DNA from: an uncultured Bacilli bacterium
GTDB lineage: Bacteria; Bacillota_I; Bacilli_A; RF39; UBA660
Assembly: GCA_947626095.1 (NCBI GenBank)
Contig: CANQQV010000004.1
Span: forward strand, 32,001 to 96,000
Length of the DNA: 64,000 bases
Direction: 5' to 3'
The translations under genes and the position numbers were made by a program. This document shows positions 7,843-17,970 of this stretch, one piece after another. Numbering within the stretch: position 1 is the first letter of the stretch; the number at the start of each line of letters is the position of its first letter. Under the pieces are notes generated by a model. It saw only the letters and a program-made list of their open reading frames with translations. It was not told the origin of the DNA and did no database searches.

Positions 7843-10509
7843 CTAACTTTTATTTTGGTCACTACGTGGAATAAAGTATAATTTAACACCTTGTTCATCA
7901 GTTTTTCTTTGATTAAGATATTTAGAAGCTTCAACCATTGATGTTCTAACATCATTAGCAAAGTAAGTATTTACTGTATGATCTAGGCGATAAATAATCA
8001 CCCAATCATCACCTAAAACAATACTTTCAATATCATTAGTATTATTAATTAAATGATACTTTTTCTTATTATCTTCAATCCTATCTTGTTTATCATTAAA
8101 ACAAGCTAAAGCTCTAATACGATTAATTCTTGCTAAAATATCATCTGTTATTTCATCACGCATATAAACTTGTGGTGCTAATCTTGGACGACGATAAGTT
8201 TCAGGTTGATCTTTGATTTCAATATCTCTTGGACTTAATAAACCACGAAAGTCACGTGATGCAATAAGCAAAGCAGGGTAGTGATCACCAAAATCGGTTG
8301 TAAAGCTATGATTAGGATTATTAGGAACTTCTAATAATAATTGCTCAGGTTCCTTATCATACATATGAACAAAATCTTGCCATTCTTGGGAATACACATT
8401 TACTGGTTCATTAAATAATACTGGATTTAATCTTTCAAATCGTTCTTCAAAGTAGGCGTTTTCTAAAATACCAGCTCTATTACATACAACATAATCAATT
8501 GGGCATTCGTCATCTTTTGTCATATTAATCATCTTTTGCGCCATTAACTTAACTAATTCAACTATTTTAATTAGTTCTTTTAATTCTTCTTGATTTTCTG
8601 GAACAACCTTATTATTTTTCAATCTAATCCCATTAATCATGAAGACATTATTTTTTCTAAAGCAAGATGCACGTCCGATTAATTCGTCTTTTTCATTCGT
8701 TATCTTAATAATATAACCATCTTTATGAATTAAACTATAAAAGAAGAAATCATTTTCATTTACACCGACAAAGAAACATGTCTTTGTATCTACGCCACTT
8801 GTAAAAACCGCTGGATCATTATTAGCATATCTCGATAAAGTATATTCGCCTAATTTAATACTACAATCAAAAGGTAAACTACTATATTTATAACGTTCAC
8901 TACGAACAGCTAAATCAGTAACTTTATTCAATCTTTTTTTAATAACTTCATCAGTTACTGTAACACCTGAAAATTGATTATAATTGATTATTTTTGATAC
9001 ATTATCAATACCTATTAAACCAATTAAAACTTCATCAGCATAACTATATAAATTAGCTCTTTTTATTATTTCATTTAAATTTTCTGATGTTAATCGTTCA
9101 ATATTAGCTATTTTAGCAATATATTCAAAATTATTAATAATTGCTGCCATATCTCTTAATTCTAAATTATCCGCTAAATAAGCCCATAATAAACCTTTAT
9201 TAATTAATAATTCTTTTAATACTTTAAAGTCTTCATCACTTAAATCAAGTATTTTACGAACATTTAATTTACTTAATAATTTAACAATCTTATCACAATT
9301 AAACCAAGGTGTCATATCAATTGTATAATTTTGTTCTTGACTAAAATAGTATTCAGAAGAATTTGAAGCTACTAACTGAAAGTTTTTATTTTGATGAGCA
9401 TATTCTTTTTGAATAATATTATGAACTCCTTTAATATAAGCTAAAAATTTTAAATAACTTTGACATTGTCTACATTCATCTCTCGTTAATACTTTAGGTA
9501 TATTAAAAACAAACTTACCATCTTTTAAACTAATAGAGCAGTCATCACACTTACTCATTACGGCACTAATTTCTTCACTTAATAATAAATCTCCAGCTCT
9601 AACAATTGCTTTTAATTGATTAAATTCTGGTGTATTCTCATTACCATTAGTTCTTTTTATCTTTGTACGATAAATAATTATTTTTAAAAGAGCTTCTTTT
9701 TCTTCTAAAGAGCAATCTTTCATTTGATTATTTAACTTACGTTCATAATTATTTTTTAATCGATTACCATTTCTATTTGAAGTAAAAAGTGAAAAACTAG
9801 CTGGCTCATTAAATTTAAGATTTAAAATAGATTGTATCTGTTCACTATAATCAGGTTGAAAAGAAGCAACTATTAATCTTACTATCATACTATTATCAAT
9901 TCTAATTCCTAATTTCTTTTGCACATAAGATCTAATTAATTCGGTACTTAATTCACTACCAGTAATTTGTTTAATAAATTCTGCAACTGGTAATTTAGCT
10001 TTTTCTTTTTTATTAAATTCAACGTGTTGTAAAAGAAGTTTTTGTCTTTCTTCAATAATTCTTTTTAAATAAGCTTCTTTATATTTCGAAGTAAATTTAC
10101 GAATAATTTCTTTAAATTCAGCTTGCGATTTCATACGCCTTTCGCGTTCTATTATACTTTCCTGTTTAGGTTCTCTAATATCTTTAATTAACATTTTAAT
10201 TTCAGAAACTTTCATTCCCATTGTTTCTGCTATTAAATTAATTTCACGATCATATCTTTTTAATGTTGATATTAACCCATTATATCTAATTTCTTCAACT
10301 AAAATTCCGAAAAAACCATGAGGAATAATTTCATTACTTTCATTTACTTGATCATATTTACGATTAGCATAGTTTTCTGCTGTTACATTAAATACTTCGA
10401 TTGTTGGAATAGGTAAAGTCTGAAATAATTCAATTAAACGTTCGTTACCTTTTAAGTATGGTCTTATATTATCTAATTCGCCCTGAATTTCCCTAGTAAT
10501 CTCACTCAT
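7843..10509 (-). CDS. Large hypothetical protein (888 aa), helical N-part and possible enzymatic C-terminal domain
   Basis: Long ORF with own promoter (TTGACG-18-TACAAT) and GGGGG RBS; no family recognised with confidence. Confidence 0.8.
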   Translation of the reverse strand: MSEITREIQGELDNIRPYLKGNERLIELFQTLPIPTIEVFNVTAENYANRKYDQVNESNEIIPHGFFGILVEEIRYNGLISTLKRYDREINLIAETMGMKVSEIKMLIKDIREPKQESIIERERRMKSQAEFKEIIRKFTSKYKEAYLKRIIEERQKLLLQHVEFNKKEKAKLPVAEFIKQITGSELSTELIRSYVQKKLGIRIDNSMIVRLIVASFQPDYSEQIQSILNLKFNEPASFSLFTSNRNGNRLKNNYERKLNNQMKDCSLEEKEALLKIIIYRTKIKRTNGNENTPEFNQLKAIVRAGDLLLSEEISAVMSKCDDCSISLKDGKFVFNIPKVLTRDECRQCQSYLKFLAYIKGVHNIIQKEYAHQNKNFQLVASNSSEYYFSQEQNYTIDMTPWFNCDKIVKLLSKLNVRKILDLSDEDFKVLKELLINKGLLWAYLADNLELRDMAAIINNFEYIAKIANIERLTSENLNEIIKRANLYSYADEVLIGLIGIDNVSKIINYNQFSGVTVTDEVIKKRLNKVTDLAVRSERYKYSSLPFDCSIKLGEYTLSRYANNDPAVFTSGVDTKTCFFVGVNENDFFFYSLIHKDGYIIKITNEKDELIGRASCFRKNNVFMINGIRLKNNKVVPENQEELKELIKIVELVKLMAQKMINMTKDDECPIDYVVCNRAGILENAYFEERFERLNPVLFNEPVNVYSQEWQDFVHMYDKEPEQLLLEVPNNPNHSFTTDFGDHYPALLIASRDFRGLLSPRDIEIKDQPETYRRPRLAPQVYMRDEITDDILARINRIRALACFNDKQDRIEDNKKKYHLINNTNDIESIVLGDDWVIIYRLDHTVNTYFANDVRTSMVEASKYLNQRKTDEQGVKLYFIPRSDQNKS

Positions 10510-10596
10510 TATAATCCCCCTTAATCATTAAAATTGTACCATGTTGCTTAAAAAACCGTCAAATTTTACTAATAAATACTATTATAAGTAAAAAAA

Positions 10597-10947
10597 TTAA
10601 TTACTTATTGCTTTATTAGCCGCCTCGACATAAGCTCTAAGTAAATTACCAGCTCCTAATTTAATTCCCCCAAAATATCTAACTACAACAACTAAACAAT
10701 TATCTAAATTTTTACGTTCAATTAGATTATATATTGGTAAACCAGCTGTATTAGAAGGTTCTTTATCATCACTTTTCTTTGCCATACTACCAATTTTATA
10801 AGCATAGGGCATATGACGGGCCTTTTTATGTTCTTTTTTTAAATTTTCTAAAATAGCATTGACTTCATCTATACTATTAACTTCATAATATAAACCAATA
10901 AACTTTGATTTTTTAATTTCTACTAAAGATTCATTAATTAACTTCAT
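10597..10947 (-). CDS. YigZ/IMPACT family protein (N-terminal domain only)
   Basis: IKKSKFI, A.H..YAY, DD.EP..TAG, VVVRYFGGIKLGAG.L.RAY. Confidence 0.9.
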   Translation of the reverse strand: MKLINESLVEIKKSKFIGLYYEVNSIDEVNAILENLKKEHKKARHMPYAYKIGSMAKKSDDKEPSNTAGLPIYNLIERKNLDNCLVVVVRYFGGIKLGAGNLLRAYVEAANKAISN

Positions 10948-11042
10948 AATTTCACCTAATAGCTATTATACCACTTATATTTTTCTAAAAAATAAATAAA
11001 AGCATGATATAATAAAAAAGAAATTAATTAAGGAGAAGTAAA

Positions 11043-11603
11043 ATGAAAAAACTAATCATAAGTATTATATTATTATCAATTATATTACTACCATTAACAA
11101 CAAATGCTCTTGCTACTAATGCGGATGACTATGAACCCCTAGAAATTTTTGTCTTTACTAAAGATAAATGTTCTTCATGTGATGAAGTAAAAACTTATTT
11201 AGATGATTTAAGTAAAGGTAAAATCAATTTAAAAATCACGTATTTAAATAATAAAGAGAATAAAGAAACACTAAATAAATTACAAGACGAACTCTCTATT
11301 AAAAAGATTAAATATCCATTAATAGTAGTTGGTTCTAATTACTTAATTGGTTATGATGAAGAAAAAATTAATGAGACTATTACTGAATATCAAGAGCATC
11401 CTAATTATTGTAATTTAGTAACTAAAATTCAAAATAATGAAGATTTGTCATCATGTCTTAATAGTAATAAAGATATTATAAAACAAGTAGAATATAATGA
11501 AAAAGATTTCCCATGGTTTATTGTTGGTGTAGTAGTTGGTTTTCTAGTAGTAGTAACTATCATCAATGTTATTCGCCGTAAACCTAAAAAAGTAATTGTA
11601 TAA
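11043..11603 (+). CDS. Exported glutaredoxin/thioredoxin-fold protein with C-terminal TM anchor
   Basis: Signal peptide, CSSC motif, YPLIVVG...IGY, C-terminal hydrophobic helix and basic tail. Confidence 0.7.
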   Translation: MKKLIISIILLSIILLPLTTNALATNADDYEPLEIFVFTKDKCSSCDEVKTYLDDLSKGKINLKITYLNNKENKETLNKLQDELSIKKIKYPLIVVGSNYLIGYDEEKINETITEYQEHPNYCNLVTKIQNNEDLSSCLNSNKDIIKQVEYNEKDFPWFIVGVVVGFLVVVTIINVIRRKPKKVIV

Positions 11604-12084
11604 ATATTTATATAAATCACCAATTGGTGATTTAATCTTTATAAGTGATGGTACATATCTTACCAAAATTATTTTAAAAAACGAATTAACAAATGATAAC
11701 TACCAAAACAACAGTAATTTAAAAATCTTTAAACTATGTCAAAAGTATTTTGATAAATACTTTAACAACCAAATACCTAATATTAAAATTCCCATTAAAT
11801 TAGAAGGTACTAAATTTCAAAAAGCCATCTGGACTATTTTAGAAGGAATTCCATATGGCCAGAGTACAACATACAAAGACATAGCTAATTTATATCTTCA
11901 AAAATATCACTTACCAAATATTTCTTATCAAGCTATTGGTCACGCCATAAGTAATAATCCTATTTTAATCTACCTTCCATGTCATCGCATTTTAGGTCAA
12001 AAGAACAAATTAACTGGTTTTAGAGTAGGTATAGAAATTAAAAAGCAATTATTAGATATTGAACATATCAAGTACCAAGAATAG
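11596..12084 (+). CDS. ogt: Methylated-DNA-protein-cysteine methyltransferase
   Basis: SPIG, GT.FQ..IW, IPYG...TY, NP....LPCHRI active site. Confidence 0.93.
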   Translation: MYKYLYKSPIGDLIFISDGTYLTKIILKNELTNDNYQNNSNLKIFKLCQKYFDKYFNNQIPNIKIPIKLEGTKFQKAIWTILEGIPYGQSTTYKDIANLYLQKYHLPNISYQAIGHAISNNPILIYLPCHRILGQKNKLTGFRVGIEIKKQLLDIEHIKYQE

Positions 12085-12092
12085 ATGTGTTT

Positions 12093-12147
12093 TTGACAAT
12101 TAATCCCCCTTAAGTTACAATAATTAACTTAAAGAAAAGGGGGATTA
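12093..12147 (+). promoter_or_regulatory. SigA promoter overlapped by an inverted repeat that includes the RBS
   Basis: TTGACA(12093)-17-TACAAT(12116); TAATCCCCCTTAAGTTA pairs with TAACTTA..AGGGGGATTA. Confidence 0.65.
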
Positions 12148-12150
12148 TTT

Positions 12151-12627
12151 ATGTTTGCTGAAAAAGAAATAGTTGGCGAAGGTTTACTTAAAGTCAGCAA
12201 AGGAAGACAAATTATTTTACCAGATTATACCTTTGCAACCCCTGGCGATAAAGTAGGCTTATTCTATGGTATATCAAAAGAAAAAATCCCCGAAATTAAA
12301 GATCATCTTCAACGTATTAAAATAACTATTATGCGTTTAACCGAGTTTGAAGAACGTCTAATTAATTTTCATACTAAGTTAATAGAGCAAAAACAAAGTG
12401 GAGAGATTAGTTATCGTAAATATCTAGAATTACAACGTATCTTTTTTGGTATGTTAGCTATTTCCCGTGAAGAAGTATCTAAACTAGGTAAAATAACAAT
12501 TGAACCAGTACCTATTAAAAATTTAAATATTTCTGATTCCGTTTATGCTGTTGGTAACGGCTACCACCTAGATCTATATCCCTCAAAAGAAATATACATT
12601 AAAGCTAAATCTTTAAAAGTAAACTAA
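12151..12627 (+). CDS. Divergent MraZ-like (tandem SpoVT/AbrB) protein
   Basis: Two AbrB-like halves (KGRQIILP; LGKITIEP...VYAVGNGYHLDLY) and R.FFG, echoing MraZ GRI.IP / VG.....EIW. Confidence 0.5.
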   Translation: MFAEKEIVGEGLLKVSKGRQIILPDYTFATPGDKVGLFYGISKEKIPEIKDHLQRIKITIMRLTEFEERLINFHTKLIEQKQSGEISYRKYLELQRIFFGMLAISREEVSKLGKITIEPVPIKNLNISDSVYAVGNGYHLDLYPSKEIYIKAKSLKVN

Positions 12628-12700
12628 AAGTTGAGATTAAAAATGCATAAAATCTCCTTTTTTTATGGTAAAATAAATAAGAAAAGAGAGTAGATGAATT

Positions 12701-13909
12701 ATGAAAAAATATCTCATATATCTGTTAATTTTATTACTACCTATATCTATAAAAGCCTTAGAATTTCCTGAAATTAATTCTAAAAAAGCCATTATCTATG
12801 ATTTAACAACTAATGAAGTTATTTATGAAAAAAATAGTGAAGATGTAACTAGTATTGCTTCTTTAACTAAGATAATGACAACCATCAACGCTATTGAAAA
12901 TATTACCAACTTAGATGAAGAAGTAACTATTACGGAAGATATCTTAAATCAAGTAAGATGGGATGCCTCTGTTGCCGGCTTAAAAAAAGGTGATGTTGTC
13001 ACTTATCGTGATTTACTATATGCTTCCATCCTTCCATCTGGAGCTGATGCTACAATTGCCTTAGCCGTTTCAACAAGTGGTTCCGTCAATAACTTTGTAA
13101 AAAAAATGAATGCTAAAGCGGAAGAACTAGGTTTAGCTGATACTCATTACATCAATGTTACTGGTCTAGATGCTACTGGTCATAAAAGTAGTGCTAAGGA
13201 TGTTTTAAATTTATTACTATATTGTTTTAAAAATCCTTTATTTAAAGAAATATATACAACTAAACAATATACCTTATCTAATAATCTAGCTGTCTATTCA
13301 ACCTTACGAACTTATAGTACTAATGGCTTAGATACATCAAGAATACTAGGTAGTAAGACCGGTTTTACTAACGAAGCTGGTGTCTGTATAAGCGCTTTAT
13401 TTACTTCTTTAGATCATGACTACTTAATGGTCTTACTAAATGCCGAAAGAATCGGTAATAAAGCTTATAATGTAATTGATGCTCTAGAATTAATTGATTT
13501 TATTGATGATAATTACAAAAATATAACTTTAATTAAAAAGAATGATGTTATAAAAACTATCAACGTTAAATATAGTGATAACGATACATACGATATTAAA
13601 GCTTTAAAAGATATAACTTTATATTTACCATCTGACTATGATAAAAGTCTTATCAAGATAGAATATGATGGCCTAGATACTATATCATATCAGAATAAAA
13701 AAGATGAACTACTAGGAACAGTAAAATATTATTATGATAATAAATTACTTAGTGAAGAAAAAGTTTATTTACAATCTAAAATTAACTTTAATTTATTAAC
13801 TTTCATTAAAGCTAATCTTGCTATGATAGTGACAACTATCTTAATAGTAATTATAATATTAGTAGGCTTTAAAAAAATATTTACTAAGAAAAAATTAGGA
13901 AGTAATTAA
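12701..13909 (+). CDS. D-alanyl-D-alanine carboxypeptidase (peptidase S11)
   Basis: IASLTK (SxxK), SGAD, KTGFT, PBP5 C-domain, C-terminal TM. Confidence 0.92.
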   Translation: MKKYLIYLLILLLPISIKALEFPEINSKKAIIYDLTTNEVIYEKNSEDVTSIASLTKIMTTINAIENITNLDEEVTITEDILNQVRWDASVAGLKKGDVVTYRDLLYASILPSGADATIALAVSTSGSVNNFVKKMNAKAEELGLADTHYINVTGLDATGHKSSAKDVLNLLLYCFKNPLFKEIYTTKQYTLSNNLAVYSTLRTYSTNGLDTSRILGSKTGFTNEAGVCISALFTSLDHDYLMVLLNAERIGNKAYNVIDALELIDFIDDNYKNITLIKKNDVIKTINVKYSDNDTYDIKALKDITLYLPSDYDKSLIKIEYDGLDTISYQNKKDELLGTVKYYYDNKLLSEEKVYLQSKINFNLLTFIKANLAMIVTTILIVIIILVGFKKIFTKKKLGSN

Positions 13910-13910
13910 T

Positions 13911-15025
13911 ATGGAATTTATTTTAACAAACAAACATCGTAAGTATTTAGGCTTATCATTAATAAATGATAATTACAATCAAGTTACATTAACTGATAAC
14001 CATCAAACAATGTACTTATATTTTGCTAATAATATTATCCAAAAAGTTATCATAATCGATAGCCATAGTTATTATGAGTATGATACTAACTATGAAATAA
14101 GTAACGATCATACCTTAGTCTTACCCCAAAAATTTAAATTAACTTGTTCTTCTGTTACCAAACTAAAAGGTAAGGGTATGTACTTCTTTTGTCAGTATAA
14201 AACTAACGAAGACGATTCATCGCATCTTATGATAGGCAATTATAATAACGAACAATCATATTATGATAGTTTTAATGATAATATCAAAAATAGTAGCGAA
14301 TTAAATAGTTGGTGTGATAAATGGGTATTAGAAAGTACTGAAGAAGATTTAAATAATATCAAAGAATTTACTAAAGCTCCTAAAAAGCATCTAAAATACC
14401 AAGAAGGCGATTACTTTGTCTTTAAACTGAATCGCCATGAATATGGCTTTGGTAAAATTCTTCTGGATATTAATCGTTTACGAAGGGAATATCAAAATAA
14501 TCTGCCGGCAGAATTACCAGGTTTAGCTCTTGCCGGTAAACCACTACTAGTCTCTGTATTTAAAGTAATTAAAGATACCCCAATTGCTACTATCACTGAA
14601 TTAGAAGCCCAAGGATCTTTACCATCGGAATACATTTTTGATGATAAAATATATTATGGCGAATGGCCGATTATCGCTCACCAAGAACTAAAAAAAGACG
14701 AATCGATTATCCAATCACGTGCGCCAAATGTGTAGTTCACGATAAACAAAAATTAACAATTTATCTTCAACGAGGTTTTTCCGTTAAAACTAAGAGTTTC
14801 ATGATAAAAGATATTGAAAATAACAATTTAACGGAAAATGATAAAAAGATATTATCAGCTATGGGCTTCGGCCCAAGTCTTGGTTTTTATTTAAATATCC
14901 AACGCTTTTATAAAGAAATAAAAAAGTGTATTGCGCACCATCAAGAATATTACCAAAAAGATGATTTACGAAGCCCTTTAAATTCTCAGTTAAAGGAATT
15001 TATATATAAATATTTTAATGAATAA
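13911..15025 (+). pseudogene. Immunity protein 26-like gene split by a -1 frameshift near 14690-14702
   Basis: EGDYFVFKL....YGFGKIL and YYGEWPII.H..L Imm26-like motifs; continuation IDYPI.. lies in the overlapping ORF 14663-15025. Confidence 0.6.
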
Positions 15026-15045
15026 AGAAAGGATATGATAAAAAA

Positions 15046-15264
15046 ATGTTCAGTAAAAAAATCAAAAAGGAAATCAAAATTGAGGGTATGCACTGTGATC
15101 ACTGTGTCAAAAAAGTAACCGAAGCTTTAGAAAGTATTGAAGGGGTATCTAAAGTTAAAGTTAATTTAGCTAAGAAAGAAGCAGTTATAACTTCCGCTAA
15201 AGAAATTGATGACCAAATAATCAATTCTAAAATTGATGAATTAGGTTTTAAAGTAGTAAGCTAG
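15046..15264 (+). CDS. Heavy-metal-associated (CopZ-like) chaperone
   Basis: IEGMHCDHC..KV..AL..IEGV, LGF. Confidence 0.9.
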   Translation: MFSKKIKKEIKIEGMHCDHCVKKVTEALESIEGVSKVKVNLAKKEAVITSAKEIDDQIINSKIDELGFKVVS

Positions 15265-15317
15265 TTTGCAAATTATTTAATAATAAATTATAATAGTTAA
15301 AGAGGTAGGTGTAAAAA

Positions 15318-16079
15318 ATGAATTATAATGAATATAATAATCAAAGTAATAAGAAAGGTAGTAATATTGGTATTCTAATATGTCTTGTCATAATTATCGC
15401 TTTATGTGGTTATATAGCTTATGATAAGGGCTTATTTGGTTCTTCTAATAATGAAACTAATACAGTAAATAAAAATGAGTTATCTAACGAAAAAGAAGGT
15501 AAGGAAGAACAATCAACTGAAGAACCTTCTAAAGAAGTTGAAGAATCATCTAAAGAAAGTTATCGTCCATCATTTGATTTAAGTAAATGTCTTACTTGTG
15601 ATAGCAATTATAATTATCATTTAGCTTCTAATTCTGGTGATTTAGCTCATGTTCAACTAGATGATAACGATCATAAAAAAGTTACAGTTACTATTTACTA
15701 TGATGCTATAAAAAATACCGGTAACGAAGTAAAAACAACTGGTTCCAAAGAATATACAATAACCTTTACTAAAAACGTCACAGATATCGTATATAGTAAT
15801 TATGGCTTAGATATTACTTTTGGTACTATTTTATACTTATTAGAAGATGGTACTGTTGAATATACTCCAGTATTAGACGCCGCTATGAAAGGCCAAATAA
15901 AATCATATGGTCAAGTTTCTGGTTTAACAAATATTGTTAAATTCTATCTTAATGCTTCTGCTACCAGTAAAGGTGAAGTAGGTGCTTTTGATACTACATT
16001 AGCTCAAAGTAGCGATGGAACATTATATGATGTCATGACCACCTTAACTAAAACCAATAACTATTCATATAGTGGCTAA
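15318..16079 (+). CDS. Membrane-anchored extracellular hypothetical protein
   Basis: Single N-terminal TM, acidic linker, beta-rich domain (YLLEDGTVEY). Confidence 0.75.
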   Translation: MNYNEYNNQSNKKGSNIGILICLVIIIALCGYIAYDKGLFGSSNNETNTVNKNELSNEKEGKEEQSTEEPSKEVEESSKESYRPSFDLSKCLTCDSNYNYHLASNSGDLAHVQLDDNDHKKVTVTIYYDAIKNTGNEVKTTGSKEYTITFTKNVTDIVYSNYGLDITFGTILYLLEDGTVEYTPVLDAAMKGQIKSYGQVSGLTNIVKFYLNASATSKGEVGAFDTTLAQSSDGTLYDVMTTLTKTNNYSYSG

Positions 16080-16177
16080 AAACTTAAGTAAGGAACTTCC
16101 TTACTTTTTATTTGTCTTAAAATATAATTAATAATAAAAAAAAGAATATTATGATATAATTAACTAGGTGATAAAAA

Positions 16178-17002
16178 ATGATAGAAATCTTAAAAGCAAT
16201 ATTATTTGGTCTAGTCGAAGGTATCACTGAGTGGTTACCAATATCTTCTACTGGTCATATGATCTTATTAAATGAATTTATTAAACTAGATGTAAGTCCT
16301 GAATTCTATAAATTGTTTGAAGTTGTTATTCAACTGGGAGCTATCTTAGCTGTTGTTATAATGTATTTTAAAGTAATATGTCCTTTTGGTTTTGGTAAAA
16401 GCAAAAAAGAACGTCAAGAAACTTGGAATCTATGGGGCAAAATATTAGTTGCCTGTATTCCTGCTGCGATTATTGGTCTTTTATTTGATGATTGGTTAGA
16501 TGAACATTTATATAATAGTGTAGTTGTATCATTAATGCTTATTATTTATGGTCTTGCTTTCATTATTATTGAAAGTAAAGGTCTAGGCCGTGGTAAAACC
16601 AAAGAGTTAAACGATATAACTTACAAACAAGCATTAGGCGTCGGTGGTTTTCAATTACTGTCTTTAATTCCTGGTACATCTCGTAGTGGTGCGACAATCA
16701 TTGGGGGTCTTATCTTGGGCCTAAAGCGCAGTGTAGCTGCTGAATTTACTTTCTTTCTAGCTATTCCTGTAATGGCCGGTGCCTCATTTTTAAAACTTGT
16801 CAAATATATCTTAGAAGTTGGTTTTACTTTTACAACTAGCGAATTGCTTATTTTAGGTCTTGGCTGTCTAGTCGCCTTTATTGTCAGTATGTTAATTATT
16901 AAATTCTTAATTAATTATATTCGTAAACACGATTTCAAAGTCTTTGGTTGGTATCGTATTGCTTTAGGCATCATCGTCTTATTATATTTTATCTTGAAGT
17001 AG
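16178..17002 (+). CDS. uppP: Undecaprenyl-diphosphate phosphatase
   Basis: GLVEGITEWLPISSTGH, IPGTSRSGATI, AAEFTFFLAIP. Confidence 0.96.
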   Translation: MIEILKAILFGLVEGITEWLPISSTGHMILLNEFIKLDVSPEFYKLFEVVIQLGAILAVVIMYFKVICPFGFGKSKKERQETWNLWGKILVACIPAAIIGLLFDDWLDEHLYNSVVVSLMLIIYGLAFIIIESKGLGRGKTKELNDITYKQALGVGGFQLLSLIPGTSRSGATIIGGLILGLKRSVAAEFTFFLAIPVMAGASFLKLVKYILEVGFTFTTSELLILGLGCLVAFIVSMLIIKFLINYIRKHDFKVFGWYRIALGIIVLLYFILK

Positions 17003-17051
17003 GGTAAACTACTTCTTTTTTATGTTATAATCTATCTATAAGAGGTGCTAT

Positions 17052-17939
17052 ATGATTCCAGAATACTTAAATAATCTTTTAAATAATTACTATGATTCAA
17101 AAACAGTTATTAAAATAATCGATGGTTATCAAAAAAGAGTAGTTAGTTTTCGTATTAACTCCTTAAAAACAACTAAAGAAAACATCTTAAATATTTTAGA
17201 AAATAATAACATTAAATACGAAGAAATTCCTTGGTATGAAAATGCTATCGTCATTACAAATGCTAACGAAGAAGACATTAAATCACTATCAATATACCAA
17301 AATGGTGAAATCTATTTACAAAGTTTATCATCAATGTTACCACCATTATTTTTAAATCCTCAAGAAAACAATCTTATCTTAGATATGACTGCTGCCCCTG
17401 GTGGTAAAACAACAGAAATAGCTGCTTTAACTAATAATAAAGCGATGATTACAGCCATTGAAAAGAATAAAATAAGAACAGATCGTTTAAAATATAATCT
17501 TGCCTTACAAGGTGCTAAAAAAGTTTCTATTCTTAATACTGATGCCAGAAATCTTGATGAATATTTTATGTTTGATAAAATCCTTTTAGATGCTCCATGT
17601 AGTGGTAGTGGTACTCTTATTAAAGATAATATCAACGAAGAGAACTTTAATCTTGATTTAATTAATCGCTCAGCAAACATTCAAAAAAGTCTTCTAGAAG
17701 AAGCTATAAAACATTTAAAAGTTAATGGTGAATTAGTTTACTCAACTTGTAGCATCTTAAAAAGTGAAAACGAAGAAGTAATAAATTATATTCTGAATAA
17801 ACATCCAAATCTTAAATTAGTTCAATTGTCATTAGAAAATGTTCCATTATTACCATCTACAATTCCAGAAGCATTAACAATTCTTCCAACTAAATACTAC
17901 GAAGGTTTCTTTGTATGTAAGTTAATTAAAACTAAATAA
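17052..17939 (+). CDS. RsmB/NOL1/NOP2 (RsmF-like) RNA m5C methyltransferase
   Basis: LDMTAAPGGKT, FDKILLDAPCSG, LVYSTCS, EGFF. Confidence 0.9.
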   Translation: MIPEYLNNLLNNYYDSKTVIKIIDGYQKRVVSFRINSLKTTKENILNILENNNIKYEEIPWYENAIVITNANEEDIKSLSIYQNGEIYLQSLSSMLPPLFLNPQENNLILDMTAAPGGKTTEIAALTNNKAMITAIEKNKIRTDRLKYNLALQGAKKVSILNTDARNLDEYFMFDKILLDAPCSGSGTLIKDNINEENFNLDLINRSANIQKSLLEEAIKHLKVNGELVYSTCSILKSENEEVINYILNKHPNLKLVQLSLENVPLLPSTIPEALTILPTKYYEGFFVCKLIKTK

Positions 17940-17970
17940 AAAAAAGAATACTTTATAACAAGTATTCTTT

